Shown: one piece after another, positions 53,971 to 64,000 of the stretch
How the letters are laid out: every line of letters starts with the position of its first letter
Numbering within the stretch: position 1 is the first letter of the stretch
Assembly: GCA_000004695.1 (NCBI GenBank)
Contig: CM000155.2
Coordinates: forward strand, 2,432,001-2,496,000
DNA from: Dictyostelium discoideum
Lineage: Eukaryota
DNA length: 64,000 nucleotides
Reading direction: 5' to 3'
The notes under the pieces: model-generated
The model's input: only the letters and a program-made list of their open reading frames with translations
Database searches by the model: none
What the model was told of the DNA's origin: nothing
Program-made: the position numbers and the translations under genes

Positions 53971-56900
53971 ATGAATAAAAATTTTCAACTAATTTTATTT
54001 ATCATTTTGATTAACTTAAAGTTTTTCATTGGTAATGTTAATTTTTTAAAAAATTGATTAAAAAAATTGAAAATATATTAATTTAAATTATTATTTTTAG
54101 ATGGATTAAAGGTTTTAAATTCAACATTAACATTAAAAGATGGGACAAATGTTTTCGGGGCTGTATTATATTTTGCAGTTATAGAGTTGGAACTTGATTC
54201 TTATATTTATAAATATGATGCATTGGCATGCCCAAATTATCAATGTTCAACAGTTAATACAACCAAAGATTGTTCATGTGATTATACAAATTTTAGTGAT
54301 TGCCCAAAGACAGCGAATCGAGATCCAAGCTGTTCAACATGCCCAATTCCAACCGTTGAGTATTGTCCATCAATTAATAATTGGGTTACAGTTGAAAAAG
54401 ATATCGATTACATCTTTGAAACCAATCAAACAATGTACCTACGTTACAAAGGAAATTCATCAATATGTGAAGGTATAATGGCAAGATCATATCCAATTAA
54501 AGGTTTTCATAATTTAAAAGGTGGATCATCACCATTAGAATATTTACAAAGAAGTCTATCCAATTATAGACCACAAATCTATGGTGTAATGAATTTATGC
54601 CCAAGTGATATTGATAGTTCAGGTATGAAATCATGGACCCAAGATACATTTTTTTTTACAATTAAACCATTTGGAAATACTGATGGAAGAAATGTAAGCC
54701 TTTCTTTTAGAATAACTTCAAAAGAGGTTTCAAGTGAACCAATTATTACCGATTCATGTACTTCTCCATTTCCAGCAACTCACAGATGTATTTATGATGG
54801 CGAATTTATAAATGAAAAAAGTGAAGCAAGTAGTTATCACTTTTTTGTTTTCAATGCAACAAAATCTGCAATCTATACTATAAGAGCACCACAATTTGAA
54901 CAACCTGTTAGAATTTATGCAAGTATTAATACTCAATACCCAAAGTTAAATGGTTATGGTAATGAAAGGGCAGAATATTCATCAATTGACGAATTTGAAA
55001 ATTCAATTACTATCTATTTAAACAAATCAACTATTTTATATATTTCAATTGAAATTACATATAAAACAAACTATAGTTTAAGTATTACATCTCAAGGATA
55101 TTACTTACCTGTTAATGTATCATCATTACCTCCCAAAGCTGGTGCATATGCTTTGGTAAAATCTTCACAAATAGATTTTGGAAAAGGAGTTACTTATGAT
55201 TGTGATTCTTGGGATACTTGTCAAAGGTTCTCAGTTAATTATCCATTCACTGATAGTAATCCATTGAATCCAATACCATCAGGACTCTATTCAATTCCAA
55301 ACTTTTATTTACCACCCTATCCATTGTTAGACTATGATGAAGAATTATTTTTAGCAAATCCTGTAAAACCAAAATCATTTACAATGTCAGTCCTAGTTGC
55401 CTATAAGTTAGGCAGCAATGCAGTTACAAATTTGGATTATTTAAGTGAAATATCTGCATCACTTGTTAGATTTAAATCAAATATCTTTGATCAAGATGGA
55501 AATGCAATAAATAATGTGGCATCTTTAACTCATTATGATTTACCATGCGATTATGAAGAGTTTTCAATAATTAATAATGCAATTTTAAAAGGAGATAAAC
55601 TATTATACGATGTCACCGATATTAATACTATCAATAGATATAGCTATATGTTAGACTCTTTAACAATTCGTAATAGTTGGATTGGATGTAATGCAAAAGC
55701 AAATTCATTATTTGAACTTAATTTTAAAATAACAAATTACACTATGATTATATGTGACAAAAATGCTTCAACACCAGAGTTTAATGAAGATCCTTGTTGT
55801 AATCCAAATCAAAAATACTTTCAATGTTGTAACCCAAAACCAAAAGAAGTAAATACTGTGGAATTAAGTGGTCTATCATATGAAACAATACAAAGTAAAT
55901 GTTCTTTTCCATCATGTACTGAATCAGTTTTATCACAATTTAATTCAACCTATGTAACTTTAGATTTTTGTGCACTTGATAATGGTATTTATGATCAACT
56001 AAGAACTAATTTAATACAAGTAGTAAGATCATGTAAAGAAAATTCTAGTCCAATTTGTATAAAAGATAGTGATTGTATTGACTACGCTGGTCCTGATGCA
56101 GTTTGTGATTTAATGGGTCATACTTGTATACCAAATTATAAATTTACAGATTATAAATATTTGAAATGTGTATTTAGTCAATTGGATCAAGTTACCACCT
56201 ACAATCTATTACACAAACCATTTTCATTTAATAGTAAAATCATTGATGAAATTTATGAAAAATATCAAAAACAAGATTGTATTACAGAGGGTACATTTTT
56301 ATCACAAAGACTACAATATCGTTGGGATTCAATTGATGCAAGACTTCAAGATCCAAATAAGTTTTATCCATCAAGTTATGGTTTAGATGATAGTCATCCA
56401 ATAATTCATGATACAATGTATGATAAATTATTTGATAATTTCAAAAGAACCTATTCTTGGTCCTATTTTGATTATTGCACAAATTTTTCAATTTGTCCAT
56501 GGGTATACCAAAATGATTATTACTATGGTTTTTCAAATGATCCAAACTCAAAACCAATAATGGATTATTGTAATCAAATTAGTGGTTTTTGTGGTGATTG
56601 TGCAAATGGTTTAAAAAGTTTTTGTAATACTTTTGGCTATAGTGATCAAAATATTTGTGAACAAACAGATTATTGTGTATTAGGTGGAAATTATTTAATG
56701 TCCCAATTGAATATGACACAACAACAATGTGAATCATATGGTATGTGTTCAGTTAATTGTGGTTATCAATGTTCATTTTCAAATCCAACAACCTATCAAT
56801 CAAATTGTTTTGTTTTAAATGTAAATCAAACTCAATGTACCTCAATGACATATACTTGGGATTCCAATTTATCCGCATGTATTGATACAATGGCAACTTC

Positions 56901-59208
56901 AAAATCTCAATGTACAAATCATCATTGGTTAAATTGTACAGAAAAACCAATCGATGAATGTACTGGACCATTTGGAACATTATTTAATTATTGTTCATTA
57001 CAACCAATTGTTTGTTCAACTAAAGAAGAATGTGAAAATGCAGGAGTTTGTTCAGATTCTTATTTCTTTAATCCAACCAATACTCAAGCCTATCCATTTA
57101 ATTTAGGAAAATGTGTACATGGCCATGAAACCTATAGACAATATCCTTCATGTGAATATAATATTGACGGATATATTGAAAATGATAGTCCAATGGGTTG
57201 TTTCTCTTATACTCCTCAAGTATTAACAAAATCAGATTGTGAATCATTGGGTTCAAATTATACATGGTGGCCACCTGCAACAAATAAAAAAGATTGTTTA
57301 AAGAATATGGGATGTAAAGTTTATGCAACAACTACTAAAACTGATATGTTACCATACAATATCATTTTTAATCAAATGAATCAAGATGAATGTTTAGGTT
57401 GTTATGGTTCTCAAAATGAATATACAAATAAATTTGAATGGACACCAGCAACTTGGTTACCAGCTGCATTAGTTAAAGGAAAATGGTATACACCAGATCC
57501 AATCACCAATCAATTTTGGACACCAATTAATAATTTAACAACAACACTTGATTATGGAAAACTTTATGATGATTTAGTTTTGGCAGTAGATTCTCATATG
57601 ACAGATCAAATTCGTTCATCATACTTTTGTAGAACTCAACGTTTTAGAGATAATTTAGATTCAATTGCATGTAGTTGTGCTGATACTGGTGGTTATCGTA
57701 ATTCAACATGTTTCAAGGATTCAGCATTGCTATTTGGTCAAGTGAAACCATGTTCATCAAAGTCTGAAACATTTAATTTCCCAAATGGTTATATTGAGAT
57801 TTCAAATTCATCAGTAGAGGTTGGTTGTGGTGATATGTTGATCTTTCAACTATCTAGAGAAATTTTCATTTCAACAGAAGGTCAATCATTCCCATCCAAT
57901 TTTGTATCATATCCAAAACCTGATAATTTTGGTTTATTTAATAATAATAGTGCAATTGTTGGTACAATCATTGGTGATGGGTTAACAATTGAATCGAAAT
58001 CAATCAATCGGATTTTATTATGTTTCCTTTATTCAGGTAATCCAGATGAAAAGAAATATCCAATTTTAGATTTTGGATGTCAAGATCAAGATACAGGTAT
58101 ACTTCATCCAATGGGATTAAATGTATTTATAGAAACTCAACAAAACCTTGATTTCCTTTGCTCAAATATAACTCATTTAGATTCAAAACAAAATTATTTC
58201 CCAATTAATCGTATTGGTAATGAAGATTGGAGAAATGTTGAAAAGAAATATTTTGATCAAAAAACACTTGGACTACTTTATACATTGGCAGCAATTTATT
58301 TGGTGGTTTTAGTATATGGATTCTATCAATTGATAATAGTTGCAATTATTAGATTTAAAAAAATAATTCATAGATTTGAATTGGTTCATTTGTTATTGTT
58401 TATGATTTTTGTATTCCTTTTGGTTAGAACCATTTATTTCTTTTTATTACCAAGTGGAAAACTTTCAAATAGTGCAGTTGCAGATTATATTTTAGTGGTT
58501 TTACCAACATTCTTTTATTTCAGTTGTTTCACAATCATTATTGTTCTTTGGTATGTTATTGTAGTATTGGTATTAAAGAATAATTCAGCATCAAATTTTT
58601 CCAATAGATTATTCTCAATGGTTGGTTTGGTTAATTTTATAATCTATTTATTATTGGTTGCCATTGTTTTAGTATTCCAATATACCAAAGATTCACCACA
58701 TGAATTTTGTGGTTCCAGAATTATTTTCCATGTATCTACAAATAAAAGTCAAAAAACAGTCTCCATACTTTATGCGGTTATTCAAGCTGTAATTTCTTTA
58801 GTGCTCGGTGTTGCATTCATTTATTTAGGCGGTAGTCTTTATAGAGCAATGAGAGCCGCAAGTCAAGGTGCTAAAAAAGGAGGTTTAGATATAAAGAAAG
58901 CTCACTCTAGAGAATTAAAAATATTTTTATTAACTACAATTTGTAGTACTGGTTTCTTACTTCATTGTTTATTCATTATCATTTTAGTTGCATTAAATGA
59001 ACCTTCAATAGTTTTCAGTTTTATTGGTTTAATAATTACTGAAATAATACCTTCAATAACAATTCTATATTGTTATGATCAAAGAACTAGTTTATCATTA
59101 GATATCACTTTATCTTCAAAATCTTCAAAATCTTTTTCATCAACTGATACAAAATTACAAACTGTTTCTGAAACAATTACTTTTAGTCAAAATTTATCTT
59201 CAGAATAG
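53971..59208 (+). CDS. Seven-transmembrane receptor-like protein with a cysteine-rich extracellular domain of about 1,300 aa, about 1,722 aa in total. Two exons: 53971..54031 (signal peptide) and 54101..59208.
   Basis: Exon 1 is MNKNFQLILFIILINLKFFI-G, ending at a GTAATG donor. The TTATTTTTAG acceptor joins in frame to DGLKVLNSTL ... IELELDSYIYK, where the track's 'M' is TTG. The ectodomain has many Cys (CxxC, CCNP, CGDC patterns) and N-glycosylation sites. The C-terminus has 7 hydrophobic helices (LLYTLAAIYLVVLVYGFYQLIIVAII, LVHLLLFMIFVFLLVRTIYFFLL, ILVVLPTFFYFSCFTIIIVLWYVIVV, LVNFIIYLLLVAIVLVF, VSILYAVIQAVISLVLGVAFIYLG, IFLLTTICSTGFLLHCLFIIILVAL, IVFSFIGLIITEIIPSITILYCY), followed by a Ser-rich tail. 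Confidence 0.7.
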
Positions 59209-59222
59209 TTAATTAATTAATT

Positions 59223-59254
<32 letters not shown>

Positions 59255-59650
59255 TCTATTAATAGTAATAATAATTATAATTATAATTGTAATAATAAAA
59301 AAAAATATCTTGTATTTTTAATAAATTTATTATTTTTTTCTTTTTTTATAATTAATCAATTATCTGTATCTGTCTTATGTTTTTTTTTTTTTTTTCAAAT
59401 TTCAGGTTTATTTTTTATTTTTTATTTTTTATTTTTTATTTTTTATTTTTTTTTTTAAATTTTTTTATTTTTTAATTATTTATTCTGCAGACATCTGTTT
59501 TTTTTTATTTTTATGATCACAAAAAAAAAAAACCAAAAAAAATAAAGGTTACCACTCTTTTTTATTTTTTTTTTTTCAATTTTTTATGATTTTTTTTTAC
59601 TTTCATTTCCATCAAAAAATTAAAAAAAAAATAACGATACTTATTCCAAA

Positions 59651-59843
59651 ATGAGTGAAACGGATATCATTGAAACTATTAATCAATTAGTATCAAAAGA
59701 ATTTTTAGATATTAATGATATAAATGAATTAATAGATCAAATTAAACAATTAAATTTTGATACTGCTTTAAATCAAATATCAAATAATAATTATCATTTA
59801 ATTAAATTATTATGTAATGAAGCTAAAAAAGTAAAATAATAAT

Positions 59844-59907
<64 letters not shown>

Positions 59908-60318
59908 TAATAATAATAATAATAGTAATTCTATTTTTAAATATTTACAATAAAACTAATTTAAAAAAATAATAATAAATAAATAATAAATAAAAAATAA
60001 TAAAAGAGTATTGATTCAAATTTAGTTACAGAAATTATTAAATTTATAAATGTTATCGCAAATGAAGATAAAAATATAGTTTCAATTTTAATTGAAATGG
60101 AATCGTTTAATTGGATAATACCAAACTGTTTTATAGTTGAAGAGACACTTTCTATTAATTACCTTACAACTTTAAATTTAATATTTTCAAACTTTGATAA
60201 TTTACCAAAAAAAGAACTTTTAAAATTAGATGATTCATTCTTGGATTCATTAATTGAATTAGCATTACAATTTAAAGATTATTATGAAACAAATTTTATT
60301 CATTCATTATATTATACA

Positions 60319-60377
<59 letters not shown>

Positions 60378-61008
60378 CAAAAAAATAATAAATAATAAAT
60401 GAAAATAATAATAAATAATTTTTATTAATTTTTCAATTTAAAAATTTTAAAAGTTTGGATATCAAAAGAATATAATTAGTGATGGATATTCACCATTGAT
60501 ATTAAAATTATATTCAATTAAAGAAGCACCAGAGATTGGACCAGAAATGATATCATTATTAAATAGAAGTAATTTAGAGTATAATATGTTACCACAATGT
60601 TTATCATTAATAAATGATTTATTCACATATAGTACAGAACATGAAATACCATGTTTCTTTTTCACATTAGATATTAAAGTTTTAATTGATATAATAATTA
60701 GGGAAATTAATAATTTAGACGAATTAGATCCATCAAGATGGCAATTTTTAGAGGTATTAAGTACAATCATTGATCATAGTGAATATTCTTCTCCAAATTT
60801 TAATAATGATAGTAAAGATAATAATAATAATCAAAACAATAATTATAATGATGAAGAAATAATATCATTTTATAAAATTGATGATATTAAAAATGTTTTA
60901 TCTATATTAAATGAAGATAGAAATTCTGAAAAAGATCCACAATCATCAATCTTATCAAAATCAATTTTAAAAAAATTAAATAAATTACAACAACAAAAAA
61001 AAAGATAA
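59651..61008 (+). CDS. Hypothetical protein of about 350 aa with no recognised domain. Three exons: 59651..59830, 60007..60321 and 60454..61008.
   Basis: Three track ORFs (59651.., 60097.. and 60496..) share orientation and join in phase 0 via AAA|GTAAAA...AAAAG and ATG|GTAAGA...TTAAAAG. The 'M's of the 2nd and 3rd ORFs are internal or TTG. Intron 1 contains (AAT)n. Confidence 0.45.
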
Positions 61009-61171
61009 TTAAATAATAAAATTATGACTAAAAAAAAAAGATGGAAAATTTGTTTTTTTTTTTTTATTTTTTTTTTTATTTATTTATTTTTAATAGATAT
61101 AATGATACATTTAAAAAAAGAGATGAGTCAAATTATTTAATTTTTTTTTTTTTTTTTTTGATTATTATTAT

Positions 61172-61217
<46 letters not shown>

Positions 61218-61283
61218 TAATATTATTTTTAAATAGAAAATAATTCTATTTTAATTATTATTATTGTTTATAATTTTATAATT

Positions 61284-63171
61284 TTATAATTTAACAATTG
61301 GACTTAAACTATTTGAACTATTACTATTATTGTTACTACTTGAACCAGTAATATTATTTGAATCTCTATTTGAATTATTTAATTCTCTGGCACTACCTAA
61401 ATTGATTGAACTTGAAGAACCAGTAGTACCAATTAAACTTGGTTGATAAACACCAGCCAAAGGACTATTGACTTGAGATTGTAAAGATTCGGACAATAGA
61501 TTCAAATCGTATTCAGAGTATTTTGGTAATTTGTTTACAAAGGTAGCAACTTGATGAACGATTTGAAGATTGTAAGGGAATTGATAATGACCAATCTTTG
61601 AGAGGATTTCATAGAGATTTTGTCTCTTTGTGAAATTGATTAAATTGTTCATATTTGAAGGTTGATCTCTTTCGATTTGAGCAAAGTCCTCACGAATAAT
61701 ATCGATCCAAGGAACGCAAGCTGGTTGAGATCTAGCCAAAGCTTCACGATACAATTTGTAATTATCAATTTTTGAGAATAACATCTCATGATCGGCAATG
61801 ATTTCACGATGACGTGGTGTGAATAAATCTGGACGCGATAAAAGTAATGGATGTTGAAGACCTTGAAGTACTGAATGTAAAGTTTGGAAATTATTCAATT
61901 GTCTAAGACATTCGGTTGTCTTTATGAATTTATCCAACATTTTCATTTTGTTCTTTTTATCACGACTTTCATTTAGTACGGTATGGACGATCCAACGTGA
62001 AACATCGGTGGCACGATTAACAAATGTCATAAGATTTGGAGAGGTGGCCATATTATATTGAAACTCACCATAGCCAATTACACGTACCATAAACTCTGGT
62101 GGTGGAATGGCACCAAACAATTTCGATTCTACAAGTGTCATTTGTCTTGCAATTTCCAACTCATCGATATGAGCCAAAGTAAGTTGAGGTGAGAAAATAT
62201 TCTTTGGTACTTTTGGTTCGGGTGGTGGTTCACTGTAGGGTCTAACATCCTCATGTTGAAGTTTCTTTTTAAGTTCTCTCAATTTCTTAATGTTTGAATT
62301 ACCATCACGAGTCAATGAACCATCGATGAAATTATTGAGTGTGGCAACCAAAACCGAAGAGGTCGGACCTGCATTGAAATCCCATGGACATTTATCTACC
62401 CAATATTTCAATACATCAACAACACGTTGACGAACTGGTTCAACCACTTCACTCTTATATTTTGGTTCGTTTGCATTTGAATTTGGTACTTGATAACGTT
62501 GAATCAATTTCTTTAACAATTTCTCAGATGTTGTGAATGATGAATGAGTGTAGAGGAAAACCTTGAGGAAATTTGGATCGAATGCTTTCTCCTTTGGTGC
62601 GAGATAATGAATCAATTTATTGAATGTTGCCGCTTTGATTTGAACTTTATTATTATCGGTTTCAACTTTTCTAATATTTCTATTGTTATCTTCACCCTCC
62701 TCCCAAACGTTGATATCCTCTTCCTCGTCGAAATGACGATAGTCGTGATAGAGATGATCTACCACTGCCACCTCTGGATCATTACCTTCCTCTTTGGAGA
62801 ATAGTGATAAATCTGTATCGAAAACATTCTTATTTCTTAAACGTGGTTTAACTAAACGTAACAATGAAACCAAACGACTCTCTCCAGATTCAGTTGGTTG
62901 ATGTAATACACCAGACTCTTTTTGAATGGCTGCAATCACTTTATGATATGTATTTCTCTCCAAATATTCCATAATTAATTGAAGTACAAATTGATGTGAC
63001 AATGCTAATCTATTCTCTGAAAATGATGGTGTTGCCAAAGTTTTTGCAAATGATTTACTACCTGTAAATGCTAATGTCTTTTCTCTTAATTCTAAAATTT
63101 CTGGATGTTTTTTCATTAATGATGCTTCCCATAATTCTTTTGGTATATTTTGAACTCTATTTGATTCATAA

Positions 63172-63217
<46 letters not shown>

Positions 63218-63531
63218 ATTAATAAATAATTTAAATATAATTTCCTATTTAATATATATATTTATATTTATATTAACTTACCATCTTGATAATCTTCTTC
63301 AAATTCATCTTTACCAAATGAGAAATAATCAAATGAATTATCTGTACAACCACCCCAAAATAATATAGAATTTCCTTTAACAACTGATGAATGTGAAATA
63401 CGATTTTGGACAATTGTTGATGATGATATTTTAAAACATTTCTTTTGATCTAAAATTTAAGAAATAAAAATACATAAAAAAAAATAAAAAAAAGGTTAAT
63501 TATTATTTATGTTTTATTATATTTATTTATA

Positions 63532-63616
<85 letters not shown>

Positions 63617-64000
63617 TATTATAAATATTTAATAACTTACATAAATCATATTCATAAATTTCTAAATTTTGAGAAGTTTGTGATTTTGAACTACCACCAG
63701 AAATGAAAATACTATCTTGAAAGAGTACAGCGGAATGATCGGAACGTGGTGTCATTGAGGAACCTTCGAATTGAATTGATTTCCAAGAATTACTTGCCCA
63801 AGTATAACAATGAACTATATCCTCAACTTGATTCGATTGTTGATCTTGACCACCAAATACATACATATTACCTTTGTGCATTGTTGCTGTATGATGTGTT
63901 CTTGGTGATGGTGGACATGTTGACAAGACTTGACTCCATTGTTTAGTATCTAAATTTAATGAAAAAATATCATTGTTTACTGTTTGTTGTTTGGTTGTTT
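61284..64000 (-). CDS. RasGEF (CDC25-homology) protein with N-terminal kelch repeats, a LisH motif and a RasGEF-N (REM) domain. Its 5' end runs off the window end. Exons in the window: 63641..64000 (partial), 63282..63449 and 61284..63172.
   Basis: The kelch motifs are LDTKQW..PPSPRTHHTATMHKGNMYVFGG and ILFWGGCTDNSFDYFSFG. LisH is FVLQLIMEYLERNTYHKVIAAIQKESG. REM is VQIKAATFNKLIHYLAPKEKAFDPNFLKVFLYTHSSFTTSEKLLKKLIQRY. CDC25 is LAHIDELEIARQMTLVESKLFGAIPPPEF ... QTLHSVLQGLQHP ... FPYNLQIVHQVATFV. The donors are T|GTAAGT and G|GTAAGT. The introns contain (ATT)n and poly(T). The track ORF's M at 63116 is internal, and the frame is open upstream to the acceptor at 63173. Confidence 0.75.

Overview
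This window reads as Dictyostelium discoideum nuclear DNA, not a prokaryotic locus. It is about 78% A+T, with long poly(A)/poly(T) intergenic tracts, (AAT)n poly-Asn coding repeats and short AT-rich introns using GTAAGT/GTATGT donors and (T)nAG acceptors. No CRISPR array, operon or defence island is present.

The ORF track calls TTG and GTG as 'M' and reads through short in-frame introns. I therefore rebuilt gene models by hand from splice signals and protein-family motifs. Exon coordinates are hand-counted and may be off by 1-3 nt. Two checks showed this directly: the cysteine-rich gene start counts 2 nt off the track's 19353, and the reading frame is inconsistent by 1 nt within exon 2 of the 41.5-45.5 kb gene.

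The window holds about 17 protein-coding genes. In order they are: a Ro60/TROVE ribonucleoprotein (3' end runs off the window start), a PAQR/adiponectin-receptor-like protein, an Aa_trans amino-acid transporter, an exportin (probably exportin-6), a Methyltransf_16 lysine methyltransferase, a cytochrome P450-like gene with a degenerate haem loop, a secreted cysteine-rich protein, a roughly 2,120-aa DOCK-family GEF, coatomer zeta, a reticulon, a 2,007-aa protein whose C-terminus is a clear ribosomal uS5 domain, a tandemly duplicated lineage-specific gene pair, a 7TM receptor with a 1,300-aa cysteine-rich ectodomain, an unknown 3-exon gene, and a kelch-LisH-RasGEF gene whose 5' end runs off the window end.

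The accessory region at 45.5-53.9 kb is a tRNA-gene cluster (tRNA-Glu-CUC and tRNA-Ala-AGC, both minus strand) occupied by nested, tandem insertions of a TRE5-A-family tRNA-targeted non-LTR retrotransposon. This region contains two near-identical copies with intact 444-aa ORF1 and a truncated ORF2, five copies of the ORF1-start-containing B-module, a 4.4-copy array of a 199-bp promoter-like module, solo C-modules and an ex-B box. The whole region is bracketed by two unrelated perfect roughly 30-bp-arm palindromes.

The three observations I rate highest are the giant uS5-domain protein, the tandem duplication of a lineage-specific gene in which copy A is visibly decaying (deletions between AAT repeats, a nonsense codon, a small inversion flanked by 65-bp inverted repeats), and the tandemly amplified TRE5-A array at the tRNA cluster.
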